This document shows, in pieces, positions 9,711 through 19,498 of a stretch of DNA of 64,000 nt. Both the position numbers and the translations under genes were made by a program. The DNA comes from a virus (lineage: Duplodnaviria > Caudoviricetes), in the IMG/VR virus record IMGVR_UViG_3300013121_000026, positions 96,762 to 160,761 of that record; one strand, 5' to 3'. The notes under the pieces were generated by a model, which saw nothing but the letters and a program-made list of their open reading frames with translations, had not been told where the DNA came from and did not search any database. The first letter of the stretch is position 1. Each line of letters opens with the position of its first letter.

Positions 9711-9724
9711 TATTTATATAAATA
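9711..9724. promoter_or_regulatory. Back-to-back late promoters (minus strand for the nuclease, plus strand toward gene 15)
   Basis: TATTTATA 9711-9718 overlapping TATAAATA 9717-9724. Confidence 0.7.
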
Positions 9725-9748
9725 GTTATTTAAAGGAGATTGATTTTG

Positions 9749-9796
9749 TTCAGTGATAATGACCCATTTGTCGACGCGATTAGAGGTAAAATTTAA
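9749..9796 (+). repeat. Orphan duplicate of the gene 14 3' end
   Basis: FSDNDPFVDAIRGKI* versus FSDNDPFVNSFSHKI* at 8753..8800. Confidence 0.85.
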
Positions 9797-10593
9797 TGTT
9801 TGGTGCTACTCACTTTGAACATAGCCTTATTAAAAAAATGTTGATCGTCTTTGGCTATATGTTCAATGACATAACGATTACTCGTAAGGACAGTTCAAAT
9901 AATCTTCTGGCTAATATTAAAGTTCCGATTCAATATGCTAAGAAAGAAAAGATGCTAGCTAGATTAGCATCGGATCCAGAACTAAATCGTAATTATGCAG
10001 CTATTCTTCCCAAAATGTCTTTTGAAATATTAAATATTGCACCAGACCGTTCACGTAAGTTGCAGACTGTAGTTAGGAAGGTTGTTAAGGATACTGACCT
10101 AAACAAACTGAAGTATCAATATAATCCAGTTCCTTACAATATTACATTTGCTTTGTATGTATATGTTAAGAACCCAGAAGATGGCACTAAGATTATTGAA
10201 CAGATTCTTCCATTCTTTACACCAGATTGGACTGCTTCTGTTGAGATGATTGAGGAGATGAACGAATACCGAGATATCCCATACATTCTAGATAGTGTTG
10301 TTCCGCTGGATTTGTATAGTGAGGATCTTACTCAACGTCAGGTGTTTATGTGGCAGCTTAATTTTACTTGCAAGACGTATCTATACGGCCCCGTAAAATT
10401 AAAACCTGTCATAAAATTTTCAGAGATTACTTGGGGAGTTGATCAATCAAATACTTCTTTCGAAATAGAGAGTGGTCAGGTAACATTAACAGCAAATGGA
10501 GAACCGACCTCAAACGTTACGCTGTCAATTGATGCAAATAATATTGCTATTGATGACGATTGGGGATACGGAGAAACGATAACAAGAACATGA
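9796..10593 (+). CDS. 15: Tail sheath stabiliser/terminator gp15
   Basis: IKVPIQYAKKEK, LPKMSFE, PVPYNITF, IIEQILPFFTP. Confidence 0.92.
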   Translation: MFGATHFEHSLIKKMLIVFGYMFNDITITRKDSSNNLLANIKVPIQYAKKEKMLARLASDPELNRNYAAILPKMSFEILNIAPDRSRKLQTVVRKVVKDTDLNKLKYQYNPVPYNITFALYVYVKNPEDGTKIIEQILPFFTPDWTASVEMIEEMNEYRDIPYILDSVVPLDLYSEDLTQRQVFMWQLNFTCKTYLYGPVKLKPVIKFSEITWGVDQSNTSFEIESGQVTLTANGEPTSNVTLSIDANNIAIDDDWGYGETITRT

Positions 10594-10997
10594 AAACATT
10601 CAAACAATTCATAAACGAAGCTCATCACGATAGTTTTATTTTAAGGCCGCAGAAACATCATATTGATGTATATAAGAATCCTACATCAAGAGAATTAAAC
10701 GATTGTATAAGCTCAGAAAATACTATTCGAGGATTTATTCATAATGATGATTTTTACTCGTTTAACCCTGAGCACGTTGAACATCATAGTGTAAGAACAA
10801 ACTCAGATATTCCAACAGGTAGTATTCCTGTACATATTAATCACGACAAAAAAACCAGAACCGGTAAAGTGACCATTACTGATGAACCAGTTGGTATGCC
10901 AATGAAAAATTCCTATACGACAAAAAACAAAAATAAAATATTAAATCATCCGGAGCTCAAAAAGCATTATAAAAAACACACGGTAGATTTTGGATAA
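10590..10997 (+). CDS. Putative internal head protein with capsid-targeting sequence
   Basis: ATG 10590 coupled to the gene 15 stop; MKTFKQFINE. Confidence 0.55.
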   Translation: MKTFKQFINEAHHDSFILRPQKHHIDVYKNPTSRELNDCISSENTIRGFIHNDDFYSFNPEHVEHHSVRTNSDIPTGSIPVHINHDKKTRTGKVTITDEPVGMPMKNSYTTKNKNKILNHPELKKHYKKHTVDFG

Positions 10998-11009
10998 AGA
11001 ACATAAATT

Positions 11010-11393
11010 ATGAAAAATATAGCAGATGCATTAAACGTTGATTTGCCAGTAAAGGCAGAAATTAGTCGAGACCTAACAGTACCAGAGAATCGCGGGCAGG
11101 AACACGTTCAAAATGACTTCGAGACTGCTCGTGATAATATTTTGGAAATAGCCAAAACTGGGCAGGAAGCAATGATTGAATTATTGCAGCTTGCTTCCGC
11201 ATCACAGAGTGATAAACATTATTCTGCTTTGTCATCAATGATGAAAACATTGCTGGATGCTAATGAGAAGTTATTAACGATTCAAAAACAAATAAGAGAG
11301 TTGGAAAGCAGCAAGACAGACCAGCCCAAACAAATTAATAATAATTTGATCCTAACAACTGAGCAGCTAAGGGAAATGCTAACTAAAACCTAA
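11010..11393 (+). CDS. 16: Terminase small subunit gp16
   Basis: DFETARDNI...INNNLILTTEQL; directly upstream of gp17. Confidence 0.85.
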   Translation: MKNIADALNVDLPVKAEISRDLTVPENRGQEHVQNDFETARDNILEIAKTGQEAMIELLQLASASQSDKHYSALSSMMKTLLDANEKLLTIQKQIRELESSKTDQPKQINNNLILTTEQLREMLTKT

Positions 11394-13036
11394 TGGAAAA
11401 TATTAATTACGTTAACTACAAAGGTTATCGCGGGACTAAATTATTAAAAAAAGCCGGGGTCCAGCTAGAATGGACTAAGGACATGGTTGAGGAATATCAA
11501 AAATGTTCCAAGGACCCTATCTATTTTATTGAGAAGTATATTAAGATTGTTCACGTTGATAGAGGATTGATTCCTATGGAATTATATCCATATCAAAGGG
11601 ACATCATTCATTCATTATATAATAATCGTTACACTATTGTTTGTACATCACGTCAGGCGGGAAAGACTACCAGCCTCGTTGCTTATTTTATTTGGTACAT
11701 CTTATTTAATCCTTATAAAACCGGAGCAATTCTAGCTAACAGACGTGAAACAGCTATTGAAATTCTCAGTAGAATTAAACTTGCCTATCAATTCATTCCT
11801 AAATGGCTTCAGCAAGGAATTGTTGACGGTGGATGGAATGCAACAAGCATTGAACTAGAAAATGGTTCTAGATTGCTAGCAGATGCTACTGGATCAGATT
11901 CTATTCGTGGTTATTCTATCTCATTCCTGGCAATTGACGAAGCAGCTCACATTGAAGGTTGGGATGACTTCTCTAAATCAGTTATTCCGACAATTACTGC
12001 GGGTAAGACATCTCAAATTGTATTAATTTCTACGCCAAATGGATTAAATCACTTTCATAAAACTTGGGAATTAGCCGAGCGAAAAGAAAATGATTACAAT
12101 CCAATTATGGTTCCTTGGCAAGCAATTCCGGGACGAGATGAAACATGGCGTAAACAAGCTCTAGCTGACTTGAACTTTGATATGGACAAGTTTGCTCAGG
12201 AATATGAGAATCAATTCCTTGGTAGCTCAGGTACTCTTATTGCTGGGTGGAAGCTCAAAGAATTAATAGACAAGATGCCTATTTCTTCCAGTGAAGGTAT
12301 TAAAAAATATCAAAATTCAGAAAAAGGCAGGGTCTATGTAATGACCGTGGATTGTTCTGAAGGTAAGGGAATGGATTACAATACCTTCTCAATTATTGAT
12401 GTTACTCAAATGCCATATCAGCAAGTCTGCACGTATTACAGTAATGTATCAAGTCCTGCTGAATTCGCTCAGATCATTTTTACTGCATCCAAAGCATATA
12501 ATAATTGCTATATTCTCGTTGAATACGAGTCACTGGGTCCTCAGGTTGCTCAAATATTAATGGATCTTGGAGCGGAAAATCTTCTATATACAGAAAACGC
12601 CGGAAGAAAAGGGAAGAAAATTTCCCTTGTTCGTGGTGATCCAGGATTGGGAATGTCCGTTGGAGCAAAAGCTACTGGATGCAGCATTCTCAAGTTATTA
12701 ATTGAACAGAACCAGCTAATTATTAATGATAAGAACACAATTGATGAACTGAAAACATTTTCTCGTAAAAATAAGACATTTTGTGCTGAAGAAGGAAAGC
12801 ATGATGACAGCGTCATGACGCTGGTCATTTTTGCATGGCTTTCAGATCAGGACTTTTTCACAGATCTAACCGACATCAACACTATTAATAAATTGAGGGA
12901 AAAAACAGAACAGCAAATAGATGAAGAAATGCTTCCAATTGGTTTTGTTGATCGTGGACCAGAGGAAGTTTTAGCAGAACCGGTTACTTATATCAATAAT
13001 ACGCCTGTTTATGAAATAAAAGACGAGATGTTTTAA
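11393..13036 (+). CDS. 17: Terminase large subunit gp17
   Basis: LYPYQ, SRQAGKT, LAIDEAAH, STPNG, HDDSVM. Confidence 0.97.
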   Translation: MENINYVNYKGYRGTKLLKKAGVQLEWTKDMVEEYQKCSKDPIYFIEKYIKIVHVDRGLIPMELYPYQRDIIHSLYNNRYTIVCTSRQAGKTTSLVAYFIWYILFNPYKTGAILANRRETAIEILSRIKLAYQFIPKWLQQGIVDGGWNATSIELENGSRLLADATGSDSIRGYSISFLAIDEAAHIEGWDDFSKSVIPTITAGKTSQIVLISTPNGLNHFHKTWELAERKENDYNPIMVPWQAIPGRDETWRKQALADLNFDMDKFAQEYENQFLGSSGTLIAGWKLKELIDKMPISSSEGIKKYQNSEKGRVYVMTVDCSEGKGMDYNTFSIIDVTQMPYQQVCTYYSNVSSPAEFAQIIFTASKAYNNCYILVEYESLGPQVAQILMDLGAENLLYTENAGRKGKKISLVRGDPGLGMSVGAKATGCSILKLLIEQNQLIINDKNTIDELKTFSRKNKTFCAEEGKHDDSVMTLVIFAWLSDQDFFTDLTDINTINKLREKTEQQIDEEMLPIGFVDRGPEEVLAEPVTYINNTPVYEIKDEMF

Positions 13037-13058
13037 TAAGTGTTAAAAAGCACTTAAT

Positions 13059-13066
13059 TATAAATA
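13059..13066 (+). promoter_or_regulatory. Late promoter
   Basis: TATAAATA. Confidence 0.7.
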
Positions 13067-13109
13067 AACAGAAGATGAATTTCTATTGTTGATATAAGGA
13101 GAAAACTAT

Positions 13110-13820
13110 ATGGCGTTCTATACGCCTTATACTTATTTAATTGGATGGTCTTGGTTAGATAAATGGTACTACGGTTGCAGGCATGTTAACTCCAAACGTA
13201 AAATCGCTAATCCAGCTGACTTATGGGTAACTTATTTTACATCATCTAAAACGGTTAAGCAGTTTCGTAAACATTATGGTGAGCCGGATATCATACAAAT
13301 TAGAAAAACATTTAAAACTTCTGAAGAAACTTTACTTTGGGAAAGTAAAGTGCTTAAAAAATTAAATGTTATTAATCAAGATAAGTGGTTAAATAAATCA
13401 AATAATAAAGCTATAGATTTTGCGTCTGCTTCTCGTGGCGGAAAGATTGGAGGGCAAAATGGTAGTAAAGAAGGAAAGAGACTAAGCGGGCTTAATGCAT
13501 ATAAAAATAAAACAGGGATATTTAAGTTAACAAAAGAAGAAAGACATTTAATAGCAATAAAGCCTAAGAAAAATTATGATCATGCTAGAAGATCTGAAGT
13601 TGCTAAAAAAGGCGGTGGGGGAAAAACTGCTTATTTAAGAAAAGTTGGGATTCATGCATTGTCTAAAGAACAAAAATCAGAATTAGGAAAACGTTCAGGA
13701 AAATTAACTTTTGAAAATAAAACGGGTATTCATGGAGCCTCAAAAGAACAACGAAAAATTTGGGCAGCTATGGCAGTTGAAGCTAGAAGAAGAAAACAGT
13801 TAAAAATACAAAAAATATAA
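13110..13820 (+). CDS. GIY-YIG-type homing endonuclease (same N-domain family as the 8802 and 53872 ORFs)
   Basis: YTYLIGWSWLDKWYYG...YFTSS; C-terminal KTGIH repeats. Confidence 0.8.
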   Translation: MAFYTPYTYLIGWSWLDKWYYGCRHVNSKRKIANPADLWVTYFTSSKTVKQFRKHYGEPDIIQIRKTFKTSEETLLWESKVLKKLNVINQDKWLNKSNNKAIDFASASRGGKIGGQNGSKEGKRLSGLNAYKNKTGIFKLTKEERHLIAIKPKKNYDHARRSEVAKKGGGGKTAYLRKVGIHALSKEQKSELGKRSGKLTFENKTGIHGASKEQRKIWAAMAVEARRRKQLKIQKI

Positions 13821-13823
13821 ATA
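13816..13823 (+). promoter_or_regulatory. Late promoter for gene 18
   Basis: TATAAATA. Confidence 0.7.
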
Positions 13824-13865
13824 TTATAGAGTTGAAAAAATTTAATTAAGTCCAAGGAGGAGAGT

Positions 13866-16169
13866 ATGTTCCCGGTAAGCCCAGCCGTTATCGTAAGAGA
13901 ATTTAGTGTAGACACCATCGTTCCGCAGGTAGCCTTAACCCCGGCAGTTATTGCTGGCGTGTTTCATTGGGGACCTTTGGAAGAACGAGTTTTAGTTGAT
14001 TCAGAATCAGCGTTGGTTAATAATTTTTTCAAGCCGTCCAATCTTAATGCTGAGACATGGTTTTCAGCAGCAAATTATCTATCTTATGGTGGTAATTTGT
14101 GGGTTAGTCGTGCAGCAGATACAACTGGATCAGGCAACGTTGTGCTCAGTTCTGTTACCGCAGTAGTTGGTAACACAACGGTTACAGTAGCATCAACAAC
14201 TGGAATAACTGCTGGTCAGGTTCTGTACTACTCAAACAACGAAAGTTCTGTAAACCCATCATCAAATGGTGCGGTTACTATTGCTTCCATTACCAATGCT
14301 ACTGCATTTGTGCTTTCAAGCGCACCTGCTGCTAATGCGACAGTGACATTAATATTCCGTGATAACATCACATATACTGCGGCAGCGCAGGAAACAGCTA
14401 CCCCAAATATTAATTGGGCTGGTCAGATTGTTAAGAATGACAGTGACTATGAAGATAAGGATGGAACATTCAATGCAGCCAATGAATGGCTAGCTAGATT
14501 CCCTGGAAATGTTGGCAATTCACTTAGAATTGCACAATGTGACTCAGCGGATCAGTTCTCATCAAATACTGATTTAACAGATGGTGTTAATGCTACATCA
14601 TCAGGATTATCAGCAGAGGTTGGTTCCAACACAATCACATTTACATTCGTTCCAACAACTCCTAGTGCAACCAATTCAGTGCAGGCAGCAGCTAATTTAG
14701 CTTCTGACGTTAAGGCGAGCTTAAATGTAGGCGATTTAATTCAGGTTGGTAATTCAAAAATTAATTATCAGATGTTAACTGTAGCATCCGTTGAAGATCC
14801 AGTAACTGGTGGTACTAATACAACTACGTTCACTATTACAACAACAGATAACTTTAAGCTGTCTGCTAATGTTACCAATACTAACCTTCAGCGTTATTGG
14901 GAATTTTATAACGTTGTCGACAGTACTCCTGGCCAATCAACTACTGTTAGAACAACAGGCAATACCTCAGCTAATGATGAATTGCACGTTGTTGTAGTAG
15001 ATGCTGGTGGTAAGTTTACCGGTGTATGCAATACAGTTCTGGAAGTTTATAAGAACGTTTCCCGTGCAACTGATGCTAAGGATCCTACCGGGCAGACGTT
15101 GTATTACAAAGATGTTATTAATAAACAGTCAAGATATGTTCGCTGGGCTAATGACAGAAGTGGTGCAGCATCTGCAACCGCAGCTTTAGTAGCTAGCTCA
15201 ACGCAAACTGAGCCATACAATGTTACATTTGTTGGTGGTGCAGACGGTGTTGATGAAAGCAGTATTGCAATTTCCGAATTGTCATCTGCATATGATCTAT
15301 ACCTATCACCCGATGATGTAGACATTGGACTTGTTATTACTGGCAAGGCGCGTGGTATTCCGGCTAATGCAAATACGCAGCTAGCAAGTTATCTAATTAA
15401 TAACCTAGCAGAAATTCGCAAGGATTGTGTTGTATTTTGCTCACCAGACAGAAGCTTCGTTGTTAATAATGTTGGTGAAGAAAGAAATGATCTAGTTGCT
15501 GCTAGAAATAGTATGCCATCAACAAGCTATGCATTCCATGACAGTGGTTACAAGTATCAATACGATAGATACAATGACGTTTATCGCTGGATTCCACTAA
15601 ATGGTGATATGGCTGGTCTTGCTGCTAGAACAGACATGACTAATGATCCATGGTGGTCATTTGCTGGTCTAACTCGCGGATTTATTAAGAATTGCGTAAA
15701 GCTAGCATGGAATCCAAGACAAGCTGACCGTGATGAACTTTATAAGGCGGGTATCAACAGCGTTATTACCACGAGAGGACAGGGATTCTACTTGTGGGGT
15801 GACAAGACAATGTTAACAAAGACTGATCCGTTCGATCATATCAATGTTCGCAGACTGTTTATTGTCCTTGAAAAGGCTATTGCTACTGCCGCTAAGTATT
15901 CAATGTTTGAATTCAATGATGATTTCACTAGAGCTCAATTTAGAGCAATGGTAAATCCATTCTTGAAGGACGTTCAGGGACGCCGTGGTATCACAAGTTT
16001 CTATGTACAATGCGACGGCGATAATAACCCAGGTTCAGTTATTGATGCTAATCAGTTCAAAGCAGCGATCTTTATTAAGCCTGCTCGTTCAATTAACACA
16101 ATTGTTCTGGATTTCGTTGCAGTTGGAACGGATGTTTCCTTCAATGAAATTATCAAAAAATATGGTTAA
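13866..16169 (+). CDS. 18: Tail sheath protein gp18
   Basis: SPAVIVRE, FHWGP, YKYQYDRYND, INVRRLF, FEFNDDFTR, IKPARSIN. Confidence 0.97.
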   Translation: MFPVSPAVIVREFSVDTIVPQVALTPAVIAGVFHWGPLEERVLVDSESALVNNFFKPSNLNAETWFSAANYLSYGGNLWVSRAADTTGSGNVVLSSVTAVVGNTTVTVASTTGITAGQVLYYSNNESSVNPSSNGAVTIASITNATAFVLSSAPAANATVTLIFRDNITYTAAAQETATPNINWAGQIVKNDSDYEDKDGTFNAANEWLARFPGNVGNSLRIAQCDSADQFSSNTDLTDGVNATSSGLSAEVGSNTITFTFVPTTPSATNSVQAAANLASDVKASLNVGDLIQVGNSKINYQMLTVASVEDPVTGGTNTTTFTITTTDNFKLSANVTNTNLQRYWEFYNVVDSTPGQSTTVRTTGNTSANDELHVVVVDAGGKFTGVCNTVLEVYKNVSRATDAKDPTGQTLYYKDVINKQSRYVRWANDRSGAASATAALVASSTQTEPYNVTFVGGADGVDESSIAISELSSAYDLYLSPDDVDIGLVITGKARGIPANANTQLASYLINNLAEIRKDCVVFCSPDRSFVVNNVGEERNDLVAARNSMPSTSYAFHDSGYKYQYDRYNDVYRWIPLNGDMAGLAARTDMTNDPWWSFAGLTRGFIKNCVKLAWNPRQADRDELYKAGINSVITTRGQGFYLWGDKTMLTKTDPFDHINVRRLFIVLEKAIATAAKYSMFEFNDDFTRAQFRAMVNPFLKDVQGRRGITSFYVQCDGDNNPGSVIDANQFKAAIFIKPARSINTIVLDFVAVGTDVSFNEIIKKYG

Positions 16170-16184
16170 AATGTTATATTAACT

Positions 16185-16222
16185 TATAAATACTCCTAGT
16201 AAGTCAAAAACTAGGAGTATTT
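16185..16222 (+). promoter_or_regulatory. Late promoter with RBS-sequestering hairpin
   Basis: TATAAATA 16185-16192; AAATACTCCTAGT / ACTAGGAGTATTT inverted repeat. Confidence 0.75.
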
Positions 16223-16223
16223 T

Positions 16224-17060
16224 ATGGAATATGGTTTTGTTTATATTTGGTTCGATAAGAAACACAAACGTTATTATATAGGATCACATTGGGGTGACAT
16301 AGATGATGGTTATATTTGTAGTTCAAATTGGATGAAAGATGCATATAGAAAACATCCTGAAACATTTAAGCGCAGAGTATTGACTTTAGTTTATACAAAC
16401 AGAACAGATTTATTTGATGCAGAAAAAAGATGGTTAAGTTTTATTAAAAAAGAAGAAATAAGAAAAAGATATTATAATTTAAATATTTTTGGATCTGCTC
16501 CAAGATGGTTATTAAATAAAAATAAAGCTCAAACTACTGCTCAAAAAATTTCCAATACACTAACGGGCAGAAGTGTTTCTACGCAAGTAAAACAAAACTT
16601 ATTAAATTATGCAAAAAGAGATAAATCTGAAGAGTGGCGAAATAAAATCGGAATTGCTAATAAAGGAAAAAGACGCTCTAATAAATTTAAAAATGAAATT
16701 AGCTGTAGAAGAAAATCAACAAAACTTTGGAATAATGGAAGCATAGCAAAATTTTGCATTGAATCGCCAGGAGCAAATTGAGTATTAGGAAGATTAAAAA
16801 ATCATTCTCCGGAATGGAGAAAAAATCATAGCCAAACTATGAAGGGCAAGAAGGTTTGGAATAACGGCGTTAAAAACAAATATTCAAATGATAAACCAGG
16901 AGCAAACTGGGTATTAGGAAGACTATCTTTTTCAGATGAATATAAAGAAAAATTAAGTTTAGCAAAAAGAAATAAAAAAATTTGGAATAATGGTATTAAA
17001 AATAAATATTCATCAGAACCTTTAGGTAGTGAGTGGGTTTTAGGAAGATTAAAAAAATAA
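16224..17060 (+). pseudogene. Seg-like GIY-YIG homing endonuclease with an in-frame TGA at 16779-16781
   Basis: GFVYIW...YYIGSH; WNNG...PGANWVLGRL repeats continue in the same frame past the stop. Confidence 0.7.
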
Positions 17061-17064
17061 ATAC

Positions 17065-17072
17065 TATAAATA
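17065..17072 (+). promoter_or_regulatory. Late promoter for gene 19
   Basis: TATAAATA. Confidence 0.7.
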
Positions 17073-17103
17073 ATATTGAAAACGTTTAAAGGAGAAAAAA
17101 CAT

Positions 17104-17712
17104 ATGGCATTTAATATAGCGACATTTAAGGCAAATGCGCTTTTAGAGCAAGGCGCAAGACCTTCGCTATTTTCTGTTAGAATTCCTTCATTGCCCCCAG
17201 GTGTTTTTGATGCCAAGGAACAAGTTGAACTTTCAGTATTAGCAAGTTCCCTGCCATCCTCAATTGTAGAACAAATTGAAATTCCATACATGGGTCGCCG
17301 TATTAAAACATTTGGCGAAAGAGTGTTCGAAAATTGGAGAGTAACAGTATACAACGACGAAAGCTTCGAAGTTAGAAATATGTTTGAGTCATGGTCAAAC
17401 AAGATTAATATGCATGTTTCTAATCGTTATGACTCAAGTTCAAACCAGGGTAACCTTGGAGATTTTAAGGTCGATAACGTAGAGGTTCTACAATACGGTA
17501 AAGCTGGTCCTGGTGATGATAGTGGTGTTATTAGATCATACATTTTTTATGGTCTGTGGCCAACTCAGATTAGCAGCATTGACCTTAATTGGGGTCAGAC
17601 TAATCAGCTTGAAATGTTTGACGTGGTGTTTTCTGCAGATTATTGGATTCCTGGAATCGTTAAGGACGGATATCAAGCGGATATTGATTACCAAGTACCT
17701 GCTTCTTTCTAA
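17104..17712 (+). CDS. 19: Tail tube protein gp19
   Basis: GARPSLF, PYMGRRIK.FGER.FENW.VTVYNDE. Confidence 0.95.
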   Translation: MAFNIATFKANALLEQGARPSLFSVRIPSLPPGVFDAKEQVELSVLASSLPSSIVEQIEIPYMGRRIKTFGERVFENWRVTVYNDESFEVRNMFESWSNKINMHVSNRYDSSSNQGNLGDFKVDNVEVLQYGKAGPGDDSGVIRSYIFYGLWPTQISSIDLNWGQTNQLEMFDVVFSADYWIPGIVKDGYQADIDYQVPASF

Positions 17713-17727
17713 AAAAGAGTAGTTATA

Positions 17728-19458
17728 ATGGCTGAATTTGACTTAATGAATAATATGTTTGGGTGGTTCTTTAAGAAGGAACCGAATAAGGACATAGAAC
17801 CACCCTCATTTGCCCCTAAAGAAACCGATGACGGTTCAATTCAAACTATTGCTGCTGGTGGATCTTATGGCGTAGCTATTGATCTTGACGGCACGGTACG
17901 AACTGATAATGAACTAATCACTCGTTATCGTGAAATGTCATTGACTCCTGAGTGTGACATGGCAATTGACGAAATTACCAATGAATCAATCGAAGTAGAA
18001 GAAGATGACCCAATTGATATCATCCTAGATGACATTGAAAATCTACAAGGTGGGTCTAAGAAAGTAATTACAGAGTCATTCAAGGAAATATTAGAACTTT
18101 TAAACTTCAAGCAGAATGGTTATGATCTGTTTAGACGATGGTATATAGATGGTCGTTTGTATTTCCATGTAATTATTAATGATAAGAATCCTGCCGAGGG
18201 AATACAAGAATTACGCCTAATTGATCCACGTAAAATCAAGAAAATTCGTGAAGTAAAGAAAAAGATTCCTCTCAAGGGATTAGCTGGATTATCAACTGAT
18301 GGTGCTCTAACACAAACAACACAGGAATATTTTGTGTTTTCCGATAAGGGATTTTATATGGGCAACCAGAACAATCCTGCTTCTACAGTTACAACAGGTC
18401 TCAAAATTAGCAAAGATGCAATCCTCTATACAACTAGTGGGTTAACTAATGCAGCGGGTACAACAGTATTATCTTACTTGCATAAGGCAATTAAGCCTCT
18501 CAATCAGTTAAGAATATTAGAAGACGCGTCATTAATTTATCGTCTTTCTAGAGCGCCAGAACGTCGAATTTGGTACATTGACGTGGGTAACCTGCCTAAA
18601 CTTAAAGCTGAGCAATACCTTCGTGAAATGATGACCAAGCATAAGAACAAGCTGGTTTATGATGCTACATCAGGAGAAATTACCGACTCCAGAAAATTCA
18701 TGACAATTATGGAAGATTACTGGCTACCACGACGTGATGGTCGTGGTACTGAAGTTGATACATTGCCAGCCGGTCAAGCATTTCAGATCGATGACATTGA
18801 GTTGTTCCAAAAGAAGTTATTAAATTCGTTGCATGTTCCTTTCAATAGATTAAATCCGGATATGCCATTTATGGGGTCGGGAACTGCTACTGAAATTTCT
18901 CGTGATGAAGTTAGATTTGGCAAGTTCATTCAACGTCTGAGAAATAGATTCTCTCAGGTATTTACCAAGGCATTAGGCAAACACCTAGTTCTCAAAGGTT
19001 TGATTACTCTAGAAGAATGGGAACAAATTTCTAAAAAAATCAGATATCGTTTTGCTAAGGATAACTTCTTTGTTGAAGCAAAGAACTCCCAGGTAATTCA
19101 AGGAAGAATGCAAACTGCACAATTAATAATGCCTTTAGTTGGGCGCTATTACAGCAATACTTGGGTGCGTAAAAACATTCTTAAGCAGAGTGATGATGAA
19201 ATTGAAGAAAATGATATGGAAATTCGTGAGGAAATGGACGATCCAATTTTGACTCAGGGAACTCAGATGTTAATGGCGCAGGAGTTTGAAATGCAACAAA
19301 ATCCACCGCCGCCTCAAGAAGAAGCACCAGAAGAAGATAAAGGTCAGAGTAAGACGCAGCTACAACATGAAAAAGGACGCCTGGAAAAATTAAATAAGCG
19401 AGGACCTAGTGATACTGAAAAGCTGAGAAGTGTTAGTCAAAAACTAGCTAAACGTTGA
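17728..19458 (+). CDS. 20: Portal protein gp20
   Basis: FRRWYIDGR, IYRLSRAPERRIWYIDVGNLPK, EDYWLPRR. Confidence 0.97.
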   Translation: MAEFDLMNNMFGWFFKKEPNKDIEPPSFAPKETDDGSIQTIAAGGSYGVAIDLDGTVRTDNELITRYREMSLTPECDMAIDEITNESIEVEEDDPIDIILDDIENLQGGSKKVITESFKEILELLNFKQNGYDLFRRWYIDGRLYFHVIINDKNPAEGIQELRLIDPRKIKKIREVKKKIPLKGLAGLSTDGALTQTTQEYFVFSDKGFYMGNQNNPASTVTTGLKISKDAILYTTSGLTNAAGTTVLSYLHKAIKPLNQLRILEDASLIYRLSRAPERRIWYIDVGNLPKLKAEQYLREMMTKHKNKLVYDATSGEITDSRKFMTIMEDYWLPRRDGRGTEVDTLPAGQAFQIDDIELFQKKLLNSLHVPFNRLNPDMPFMGSGTATEISRDEVRFGKFIQRLRNRFSQVFTKALGKHLVLKGLITLEEWEQISKKIRYRFAKDNFFVEAKNSQVIQGRMQTAQLIMPLVGRYYSNTWVRKNILKQSDDEIEENDMEIREEMDDPILTQGTQMLMAQEFEMQQNPPPPQEEAPEEDKGQSKTQLQHEKGRLEKLNKRGPSDTEKLRSVSQKLAKR

Positions 19459-19463
19459 TAAAT

Positions 19464-19471
19464 TATAAATA
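19464..19471 (+). promoter_or_regulatory. Late promoter
   Basis: TATAAATA. Confidence 0.7.
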
Positions 19472-19498
19472 TAATAAAGAATTAACAAGGAACCGGTT

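Noticed and set aside
11393-13036. Intein in terminase gp17
   Set aside because: Normal length, contiguous motifs, no intein start or HN-(S/T/C) end.
16779-16781. Genome-wide TGA-to-Trp recoding
   Set aside because: Core genes (13, 15, 20, 23, 47) end properly at TGA, and Trp is encoded by TGG elsewhere.
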